Origin: Opitutia bacterium | Lineage (GTDB): Bacteria; Verrucomicrobiota; Verrucomicrobiia; Opitutales; T3Sed10-336 | Assembly: GCA_050506795.1 (NCBI GenBank) | Contig: JBJHCF010000026.1 | Coordinates: 8,349 to 72,348, forward strand | DNA length: 64,000 nucleotides | Direction of reading: 5' to 3' | Shown: positions 7,310 through 14,880 of the stretch, one piece after another | How positions within the stretch are numbered: position 1 is the stretch's first letter | Layout of the letters: every line of letters begins with the position of its first letter | Made by a program: the position numbers and the translations under genes | The notes under the pieces: generated by a model | Seen by the model: the letters and a program-made list of their open reading frames with translations, nothing else | What the model was told of the DNA's origin: nothing | Database searches by the model: none

Positions 7310-9996
7310 TCGTAAAACGTATAGGCGTCGCCAACTGGCGCGGTTTCCTCGATCCCATAGAGCTGGGTCCCTTTTCGGAAAAATTGAATGTGATTCATGC
7401 TCCCAACGGAACCGGAAAATCTTCACTCTTCGAGGCCATGCGCCGGGCGCTGTTTGATGTTCACCATGTCGGCGGCGCCGAAATCGAGGCGATTCGCCCC
7501 TGGGGCCGAAAACTTTCGCCATCGGTATTTGTCGAGTTCTCCGAGGACGGAAAAAACTACCGGGTGGAAAAAACGTTTATCGACGGCGCGTCGGCGAAAC
7601 TGTTCCGGGAGGAGGACGGGCGGTTTCAGCCGATTGCCGACGGGCGCAATGCCGACAGCCTCCTGCGTGAAATCCTGTCCGCGGATCCCCCCGGCCGGGG
7701 GCTGTCGCGGCAGGAGCATTGGGGGCTCGGTCAGATTCTCTGGGCGCCGCAAGGGGAGTTGGCTCTCAAGCAGATTTCCGGAGGAGTGGGGGAGAGTCTG
7801 CGATCCGCTTTGGGGATGGAGGTTTCCGGCGTCAGCGGCAGTCGCCTGGAAGAGCTGGTTGAAGCCCGCTTTCTGGAGTTTTTCACTCGCGGTGGCACCC
7901 CGAAGAAGGGAAAGAACGCCGCGCCGATCACCGCCTGGCAGGAAAAAAGGGAAACCCTGGAACAGGAGTTGGTGGACCTGCAGGAGGAGCACCGGCGGTA
8001 CGAAGAAGCCTCCCGCCAGGTTGACGATGCCCGCAACCGGCGCGAACAGGCGCGTCGCGAAGCGGACGCGCTGCGCGAGTCTGTTGCCGGGTTGCGGAAG
8101 GCGGCGGAAGAGTACGTCCGGCTGAAGAACGAACAGGCGCGGAAAAGGGAAATCGCGGAAATCGCCCGGGAACGGTACGAGTCGATCGGCAGAACCCTGA
8201 CCGAAATCAAGGCAACGAGGGAAACGATCGAGGGTCTGGAGAAAACCGTCGCCACCTTGTCCGGACAGAACGAGCAGGCCAAGGCCGATGTCGCGGCGGC
8301 GAAAGCATCGCTGGAAAAACAGCGCACCGCTCGCGAAGCCGCGCGCCGACGGCGCGATCAAATCACAGGACAACAAAAAACAATCGATGCCGCCCGGGAT
8401 TACCACACTTGTCGCGACGAGCTGACCAAGCTCGACCAGCGCCTGGAGCGGCTGGGTGAACACGAAACCGAATTCGCGCGAGTTAAAAAAGAGCGCGCCG
8501 AAATGATCTCACCGGATCCCGAAAAAATCCGGGAACTGCGCCGGCGCCTGGGTGAAAGGACCGCCGCCCGCGCCGCCCTGGCCGCTTCGCAGGTCCATCT
8601 CACGGTGACTCCCCATAAGGATTGTGAACTGGAGAACCTCACGGACGCCAGCAAGCACACGATCAAAGGCGGTTCTCCCGCCGTTTTTTCCGGCGACGAA
8701 GTAATTGAAGTGCTGATACGTGAGTTTGGCACCGTTCGCGCCTCCGGACCCGAGGGAGGCGCCGACGCCCACCGCGCGGACCTCGAAGCCGCCGAAACCA
8801 GGATTAAAGCGCTCAGCCAGCCTTTCGGCAGTGACGATCCGGACTATCTGCAGAAGCGCCGTGAGGAAGCGGACGCCCTCGACCAACAAATTACCGCCCT
8901 GCGGAAACAGATCGAGATGGTGTTGGACGGCGACGAGCGCGATTCTCTGGTAGGAAGGCGGAAAGAGCTCGAGGCCAGGATCGACGACTTCGAGCGGCAA
9001 TATCCCGACTGGCGAACCGAACCGCCGGTTGTCGGTCAGTTACAAACGGAATTCGAAAACCTCTGTCGTGACATCAACGAATCGGTGGCGAGCGCGGAGG
9101 ACGCCTTTGAGAGAAGTCAAAACGACCACGCCGCGGCGGAAAAACGCCAGGTGGAACTCCAGGGCATGCTGAAGGCGGGGCAGGGGAACCTGGAGACCGC
9201 CGGAAAACGTCTGGCCGTTTTGATTGGCGACGGGCTATCGGATAGTGACCGCGGCAAAAAACGTTCCGAAGCACTTATGGCCTGGCAGGCGGCGAAAGCA
9301 GGGGTGGAAGCGGCCGAATCCGAACTCAAGTCCATCCCAGGTGATCCGGCGCGGGAGTTGGAAAAACTCGAGAAGCAGCGTCAGGCTATGGAGGAGGAAG
9401 TCGCCAACTCCCGGGACCAGGAGAAGGGCGCGGAGGGCCGCCTTCAGGCCCTGGCAGCACGGGGGACCTATTCCCGATTGACGGCCTGCGAAGAAAGCCT
9501 GGCGGAGGTCGCCGACCGCGTTCGCCGGGAAACCCTGAGAATGGAGGCGGTCAGACTCCTGTACGAGACCGTTCGCGATGCCAAGGGAACGCTGCTGGCC
9601 CGCGTCACCGCACCGGTGGAAGAAAGCGCTTCCCGCATGTTGGCCCGCGTCGCGGGACCGCGCCTGGGAAGACCGGTTTTCAATCAGGACTTTGTGCCCG
9701 ATGCGATCAACCCCGAAATTTCGTCCGGACCGGTGAACCTGCAGAACCTTTCCGGCGGCGAGCAGGAGCAACTGCACCTCATCGCCCGCCTGGCCCTGGC
9801 CGACCTCCTGGCAAAAGAACAACGACAACTGGTGGTCTTGGATGACGTTCTGAACGCGACCGATTCCGGCCGGCTCAGGCGGCTCCTATCCTTGCTGGAA
9901 GAGATCTCCGAACGCCTCCAAATCATCATCCTCACCTGCCATCCGGAACGCTACCGCGCCCTGGAAGGAGCGGAATTCTTCACTCTTACCCGCTAA
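7306..9996 (+). CDS. Rad50/SbcC-like (YhaN-type) SMC-like ABC ATPase
   Basis: Walker A APNGTGKSS, long coiled coils, signature LSGGEQEQ, Walker B LVVLDD, LTCH H-loop; ATGA overlap with the upstream nuclease. Confidence 0.92.
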   Translation: MIVKRIGVANWRGFLDPIELGPFSEKLNVIHAPNGTGKSSLFEAMRRALFDVHHVGGAEIEAIRPWGRKLSPSVFVEFSEDGKNYRVEKTFIDGASAKLFREEDGRFQPIADGRNADSLLREILSADPPGRGLSRQEHWGLGQILWAPQGELALKQISGGVGESLRSALGMEVSGVSGSRLEELVEARFLEFFTRGGTPKKGKNAAPITAWQEKRETLEQELVDLQEEHRRYEEASRQVDDARNRREQARREADALRESVAGLRKAAEEYVRLKNEQARKREIAEIARERYESIGRTLTEIKATRETIEGLEKTVATLSGQNEQAKADVAAAKASLEKQRTAREAARRRRDQITGQQKTIDAARDYHTCRDELTKLDQRLERLGEHETEFARVKKERAEMISPDPEKIRELRRRLGERTAARAALAASQVHLTVTPHKDCELENLTDASKHTIKGGSPAVFSGDEVIEVLIREFGTVRASGPEGGADAHRADLEAAETRIKALSQPFGSDDPDYLQKRREEADALDQQITALRKQIEMVLDGDERDSLVGRRKELEARIDDFERQYPDWRTEPPVVGQLQTEFENLCRDINESVASAEDAFERSQNDHAAAEKRQVELQGMLKAGQGNLETAGKRLAVLIGDGLSDSDRGKKRSEALMAWQAAKAGVEAAESELKSIPGDPARELEKLEKQRQAMEEEVANSRDQEKGAEGRLQALAARGTYSRLTACEESLAEVADRVRRETLRMEAVRLLYETVRDAKGTLLARVTAPVEESASRMLARVAGPRLGRPVFNQDFVPDAINPEISSGPVNLQNLSGGEQEQLHLIARLALADLLAKEQRQLVVLDDVLNATDSGRLRRLLSLLEEISERLQIIILTCHPERYRALEGAEFFTLTR

Positions 9997-10002
9997 CCGA
10001 AA

Positions 10003-10356
10003 ATGGAGATGAAAAATCATATATTCGACATGAAGTTTGCCAAAGTTTATCCGCTATATGTGCAAAAAGCGGAACGCAAGAGCCGTACTAAAGAGGAAGT
10101 CGATAAGGTCATTTGTTGGTTGACCGGCTATGATCCGGCAGGGTTACAGAAGCAGATCGAACGGGGCAACGATTTCAAAACGTTCTTTTCCCTGGCTCCG
10201 GCCATGAATCCGAATTGTTCGCTTATCAAAGGCGTTGTGTGTGGTGTTCGCGTGGAAGAAATCGACGACGCACTGATGCGAAACATTCGTTATTTGGACA
10301 AGTTGATCGATGAGCTGGCGAAGGGGAAGCCCATGGAAAAGGTTCTTCGGAAATGA
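10003..10356 (+). CDS. DUF2200 family protein
   Basis: [23 protein letters not shown]...WLTGY...[13 protein letters not shown]...[15 protein letters not shown] matches the recalled family pattern. Confidence 0.85.
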   Translation: MEMKNHIFDMKFAKVYPLYVQKAERKSRTKEEVDKVICWLTGYDPAGLQKQIERGNDFKTFFSLAPAMNPNCSLIKGVVCGVRVEEIDDALMRNIRYLDKLIDELAKGKPMEKVLRK

Positions 10357-10362
10357 GCCTGA

Positions 10363-10908
10363 ATGATGAAGAAGAAATGGATATTGATCTGTATCATTTG
10401 TGCGACGCCTAGTTTTACGTTGGCATTATTTGCCGGGTTCGATGGGCTTGCAAAGATTTCGGCGATGCTTCTGGGAATCGTGACATTCATTGTTGCGTTC
10501 TCCCATTTCGAAGGGTCTAACCTGAATTCCCGGCTGTCCAGCAACCGGGAGTTCTCGCGTGCAAAGAGTTTTGCGATTGGGGCGAAGCTTGCGACAGCGC
10601 TGATAGCTTTTGTCGGCTGTCTTGCTTTCGCCTTTCAAGTTGAGGTGTTGTCTTTTCTTGCTCTTATCGAAGTCTATCCGGGGCTTTTCTCCATTCAGAT
10701 CGTTGAAAGCATCTGGAATGCTCTTGGTTTGGAATCACCGATCAAGGATCTTGATATGCGTGGTGAGATGGGTCTTGGGCAATGGTACTGGAATCAAGTG
10801 ATCTTTACTTATCTGACTACTTTGGTTCAGGGAACAATTTTGTCCGTGGTCATGATATTGTTTGGGATCCTTTCCTACCCCATATATGTTGCATTGGGAA
10901 AATGGTAA
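10363..10908 (+). CDS. Hypothetical multi-pass membrane protein (AT-richer than flanks)
   Basis: 181-aa ORF with about 5 hydrophobic segments; directly follows DUF2200. Confidence 0.65.
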   Translation: MMKKKWILICIICATPSFTLALFAGFDGLAKISAMLLGIVTFIVAFSHFEGSNLNSRLSSNREFSRAKSFAIGAKLATALIAFVGCLAFAFQVEVLSFLALIEVYPGLFSIQIVESIWNALGLESPIKDLDMRGEMGLGQWYWNQVIFTYLTTLVQGTILSVVMILFGILSYPIYVALGKW

Positions 10909-11160
10909 GCAAGGCGCGCTTGAGTGAGGGCTGCCTGAATATGACTGATCGTTCTCCGTAACTCCAGCTCTCCCGGGGAGAACTGATTCACGTTTAGTCT
11001 TTGGGGGAGAAAAATGACCGGCTGATCGCTGAGGTATGAGCTATGCGAAGCCTGAAGGTATGGTAGGCGGACTAAAGCCTCCATTCCGCAGCAACGACGA
11101 GTTCCGCAATGGGCATTTCACATGTCCGCTGGGGTTGTTTTGTAACTTATTCTCTATAAA

Positions 11161-11237
11161 TGGCACACCCGATAGGAGTCGAACCTATAACCTCCTGATC
11201 CGTAGTCAGGTGCTCTATCCAATTGAGCTACGGGTGC
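11161..11237 (-). tRNA. tRNA-Arg(ACG)
   Basis: Minus strand GCACCCGTAGCTCAATTGGATAGAGCACCTGACT-ACG-GATCAGGAGGTTATAGGTTCGACTCCTATCGGGTGTGCCA; full cloverleaf with CCA. Confidence 0.97.
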
Positions 11238-11497
11238 CCGAAAAGATAAGTATAGTGCGGGCGTGGGACCGGATTTCAAGTAAATGTTTGAAAATAATCG
11301 TAATTCTTTGAGTCCAAGCGGATTCAGGGACGATCCATGGTTGGGCGGCTTTGATGGGAAGCCCTTTTGACTGAGGCGGGTGATCATAGAGCGACCTGGA
11401 TTTCGAATCTCTGGATCAGGATTTTTGAGGAACTATTAGCGATTTTTTCGCGTTAAAGTAATTTTTTTGTTGATTTTAAAAAGAATAAATCAATCAC

Positions 11498-11527
11498 TTA
11501 ATGCGAACCAATCGTAATAAGCATTAA
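11498..11527 (+). promoter_or_regulatory. Candidate Fur/Zur-family operator
   Basis: Imperfect palindrome TTAATGCGAACCAATCGTAATAA plus TTAATGC/GCATTAA inverted repeat in an AT-rich promoter just before a His-rich surface protein. Confidence 0.4.
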
Positions 11528-11532
11528 CCAAT

Positions 11533-12345
11533 ATGAAAAAAATAAGTTACTTAAAAGCGGTGGCCTTGACGGGTGCCCTCGGTCTGGCTCCGGCCGGTGT
11601 GTCGGCGCAAAATATTGTGCATCATGCGGGAGGGGCGGACTTGACCTTCTTCTATGACAGCACAGCGGATTCCTTCGACGTGGTGTTCCGAAGCAAGGTC
11701 GGAACGGTGGCAGATGGACTGACCGACCCTTACGCGGGTCCTCCGGGAGGTGTTGGCGGTCCCGGCTCGGGGCAGCAGGATTGGAATTTCAGCAGTCTCA
11801 CCGCGAGCTTGCCTCAGGCGCCTTGGGTGGAACTGAACGGAATCAATTACCTCGTGTCACCAGCTTCCGGCCAGGATTACAGCGACACGAGCAATGCGCC
11901 GGATTTGGGTTTGAGGACCAGGTTTCGCGAGACCGATGGAGAGAATACGGTCGATCAGTTCAGTTCTTTTACTATGACCCTGGACTGGGTGAATTCGACG
12001 GCTCCCTTGGGGGCTGATTTCGCCCTGTTTGCCTTCGACGAATTGGGGGCCCCTACCATCCGCTACGAAACTGCCACATTGGATCTTGTCGAAGATTGGT
12101 CTGTCTGGGGGCACGATCATTGGCATTGGGGATTCAGTGAGCCGGGTGAATATTCGCTGGTGTTCAACTTCCAGGGCGAGTTGGCCGGTGGAGGATTGTC
12201 CAGCATCGGAACGACCACGGTCGATTTCACGGTGGTTCCGGAACCGAGTACGGTGGCCTTGATTCTGGGTCTTGGGGTTTTTGGGGTCGTTTCGTTTGTG
12301 CGACGCCGCTCACAACGGGAAAAGCGGAACCTGGGAACCGAATAA
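11533..12345 (+). CDS. PEP-CTERM surface protein with choice-of-anchor M/TIGR03769-like putative metal-binding domain
   Basis: Signal peptide, IVHHAGGADL, GHDHWHWGFSEPGEYSLVF, C-terminal VPEPST + TM + RRR. Confidence 0.85.
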   Translation: MKKISYLKAVALTGALGLAPAGVSAQNIVHHAGGADLTFFYDSTADSFDVVFRSKVGTVADGLTDPYAGPPGGVGGPGSGQQDWNFSSLTASLPQAPWVELNGINYLVSPASGQDYSDTSNAPDLGLRTRFRETDGENTVDQFSSFTMTLDWVNSTAPLGADFALFAFDELGAPTIRYETATLDLVEDWSVWGHDHWHWGFSEPGEYSLVFNFQGELAGGGLSSIGTTTVDFTVVPEPSTVALILGLGVFGVVSFVRRRSQREKRNLGTE

Positions 12346-12367
12346 AGCCCATTTTTGGAGGAATCAG

Positions 12368-12405
12368 AAAATGCCGGGGATTTAGTTATCCCCGGCATTT
12401 TTTTG
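12368..12405 (+). terminator. Intrinsic terminator
   Basis: AAAATGCCGGGGA-TTTAGTTA-TCCCCGGCATTTT followed by T tract. Confidence 0.85.
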
Positions 12406-12500
12406 ATTGAGAGTGACCTTGGCTTTCTGGAGTTGAAGTGGGGACGGGGTCCCGGGATGGTAATTCGCAAGCGGAATCCCAATCGGATCCCAGGTCAAAG

Positions 12501-12536
12501 AAAAAGCCCGGCACCTGAATGGTGCCGGGCTTTTTG
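12501..12536. terminator. Bidirectional intrinsic terminator (ends the DUF4914 gene)
   Basis: AAAAAGCCCGGCACC-TGAAT-GGTGCCGGGCTTTTT. Confidence 0.85.
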
Positions 12537-12560
12537 CTTGGATCGAATTCCTTGAGAACG

Positions 12561-14441
12561 TTAACGTGCTATGAATTTCTCGTAGTCATCGACATTGCCG
12601 TTGTTGAGGCAGCATTCGATGATCTCTTTGCCGATCGGATTCAGGTCCTTTTCATCGATGAAGTCCGCCAGGCACTTGCCGAAGAATTCGGTCAGTTGCG
12701 CGGCGCCGACATCGTAGGCTTCCTTGCCGACCTCCGGTTGGGTGTCGACCTGGAGGAACCAGCGTGGAATCATGTGACCTTCCACTTGAAGCTGGTACAG
12801 TGCGTAGCCGAGAAGCGGACAGCGAGCCGGTTTGATTTGATCCTCCTTGAACGCTCTGCCACCCCGGCGGGTCAGGTACTCGCGGGCGATCCACTGCGGC
12901 ATGAAACCGGTTTCCCAGGCGCCGACATGTTGATTCGGCGTCAGAATGTACTGCGTCCGGGTGTGCTTCAGGAACTGATCAAGCAGGAGATTGGCCTGAT
13001 CGACCCGGCGTCCGGTGGCGAACGGCCAGTATGAGCCGACGCCCTCACTGCTCATTCCCTCGGTGTCCACAATGCTCGGATTGGCGTGGCCGCGCGGGGC
13101 CACCAGGCGCCAAAGCCAGGCGAGCGCCGGAGGCAGAATATGGAAAAGGCCCACGATTCCGTAGGTGGGCTTTTCCTGGGTGCAGGGTGGGGTGCGGATG
13201 CCGATGCTACGGATGTCGATTTTTACGCGGTCTTCGACAATTCCGGGAACGACTTCCCGGGGAATGATCACCCGCGGGTTCGGACAGGGGGATCCGGGCT
13301 TATCCTCGATATGCTCCCAAATCAACGCGCGCCCGTTGGGAACCGCGTCAATGTTGAGGAACAGGAGCGGCTTGGAGGGATGGGCGGTGAGCTTTTCCAG
13401 GTTGAGGTCTTTGCCGTAATCGTCGATGTGATTGACGCGCACAAACCAAGCGTCTTCAGCGTCGGTAAGCCACATCTTCCCGTTCTCCTCCTGGAGGGAG
13501 GGATGGCAGAGCGCCATGTCGTCGGTGACGGGGTATAGCGCACAGGAGCGTGGAAGCTCGACGTGACGGACTTCACCCGTGACCACATTTTTGCCCAGGA
13601 GGAAGCGCCCGTCCGGCTCGCGATGGGCTTGTTCGAGCATCTCGCTCTTCCCGCCGCCGCTGGCGCCCTCGTGCATGATGGTGACTTCATTGTCGTAGGG
13701 AGTCACCGCACGGACGGTGGAGCAGTGGGCGGTTACCCATCCTTCTTTTTCTCCCAGACCGAGGAGGACTCCGTAAATGCCCTTTTTGGCGCTCGGTCCC
13801 GGATACAGGTTGTAGGAGAACAACTCGTGCAGGTCATCGCGCCGGTTGTGCACAACGATCTGGCGGCCGTCAAAGTGGGTGTGCCGGAAAGGCGGTGCCA
13901 CGTAAATAATCGATTTCGGTTTGAAATCCTTCGGCAGGTCCTTCAACGGAACAATTCCCTGGAGCAGCGCGAGGCCGAGGGCAAAAAAGCCTGCGTTTGC
14001 GGGAGCGATGACCATGGAATCCATCCCCATTTTCCGCCGACCGGAAACAAACCCGAAGAGCGCGACATCCTGCTTCTCGAGCCACTGGAAGGTTTCCTCC
14101 CTGACCTCCTCGAAGTCCTTCCCGAAGCGCTCTTCGTAGGTTGATTTGTTGGTCGGTTGCTTGTCGCCAATCACCATGCAGTCAGGATCCCGCCGACGCA
14201 TGTACGGCTCCACGTAATTGGCGGCGACACCGTTGCGGACGCGGGCGGCCGTAGCCTCCAGCACACGCCCCTTTCCGGGGACGTCGTAGGCGATCTCGGT
14301 AAAGGACGAGTCCGCACCACCACAGGCAGCATCAATCAATTGTTCGACCGATTCAAAGACCGTCACCGAAGGTGCATTCTGCAGGACCCTGCAGGCCTCT
14401 TCGGGCGGATTGAACTGTTTCCAGGAATCTGTTTTAGCCAT
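12561..14441 (-). CDS. DUF4914 family protein, PEP-carboxykinase-like P-loop enzyme
   Basis: YMRRRDPDCM, YNLYPGPSAKKG, AHCS, HEGASGGGKSE, VTDDMA, PNPR, SEGVGSYWPF. Confidence 0.8.
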   Translation of the reverse strand: MAKTDSWKQFNPPEEACRVLQNAPSVTVFESVEQLIDAACGGADSSFTEIAYDVPGKGRVLEATAARVRNGVAANYVEPYMRRRDPDCMVIGDKQPTNKSTYEERFGKDFEEVREETFQWLEKQDVALFGFVSGRRKMGMDSMVIAPANAGFFALGLALLQGIVPLKDLPKDFKPKSIIYVAPPFRHTHFDGRQIVVHNRRDDLHELFSYNLYPGPSAKKGIYGVLLGLGEKEGWVTAHCSTVRAVTPYDNEVTIMHEGASGGGKSEMLEQAHREPDGRFLLGKNVVTGEVRHVELPRSCALYPVTDDMALCHPSLQEENGKMWLTDAEDAWFVRVNHIDDYGKDLNLEKLTAHPSKPLLFLNIDAVPNGRALIWEHIEDKPGSPCPNPRVIIPREVVPGIVEDRVKIDIRSIGIRTPPCTQEKPTYGIVGLFHILPPALAWLWRLVAPRGHANPSIVDTEGMSSEGVGSYWPFATGRRVDQANLLLDQFLKHTRTQYILTPNQHVGAWETGFMPQWIAREYLTRRGGRAFKEDQIKPARCPLLGYALYQLQVEGHMIPRWFLQVDTQPEVGKEAYDVGAAQLTEFFGKCLADFIDEKDLNPIGKEIIECCLNNGNVDDYEKFIAR

Positions 14442-14532
14442 GCCGCCGAGGATAGATAAGCTGATTTCTCCTTGGCAAATCGGAAATTCACGAAGGAGAC
14501 GAATTTTGAGGGTTTTAGGAATTGTTCGAATT

Positions 14533-14640
14533 AAAAAAAAGTGGGCGAGCCGCCTACCCCTAAACGGCCCGCCCTTTGCTTTCTTAGTTACCCCAAACCT
14601 CCGCTGAGCGGAGGAAATCTTTTAACAAGCAGCACTTGAA
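14533..14640 (-). ncRNA. Candidate sRNA or attenuator leader upstream of DUF4914, ending in an intrinsic terminator
   Basis: Minus strand: hairpin CCTCCGC-TCA-GCGGAGG, TTTGGGGTAA, then 14-bp stem GGGCGGGCCGTTTA-GGGG-TAGGCGGCTCGCCC + ACTTTTTTTT; mismatches become G-U pairs only on the minus strand. Confidence 0.5.
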
Positions 14641-14880
14641 CTTATATCTCACTAAAGCCGTTTTTTTTCGATTTTCAAGATGAAAAGAGCATTGAGGGGA
14701 TATTTTAATCTTTTTTTACAGAACGGGGGTTTTAATGCGCGATTCGGTCGGATGACACGGTGGTTTCCATTCAGTTATTTCCGCTTGAAATAGCGATGCT
14801 TGACGGCGATTGTGTGCAGGCGGGCGCACATTGTTTCCTTGATCGGCGCGGCGCGCAGACAGCATTCATCTCAAATAATC

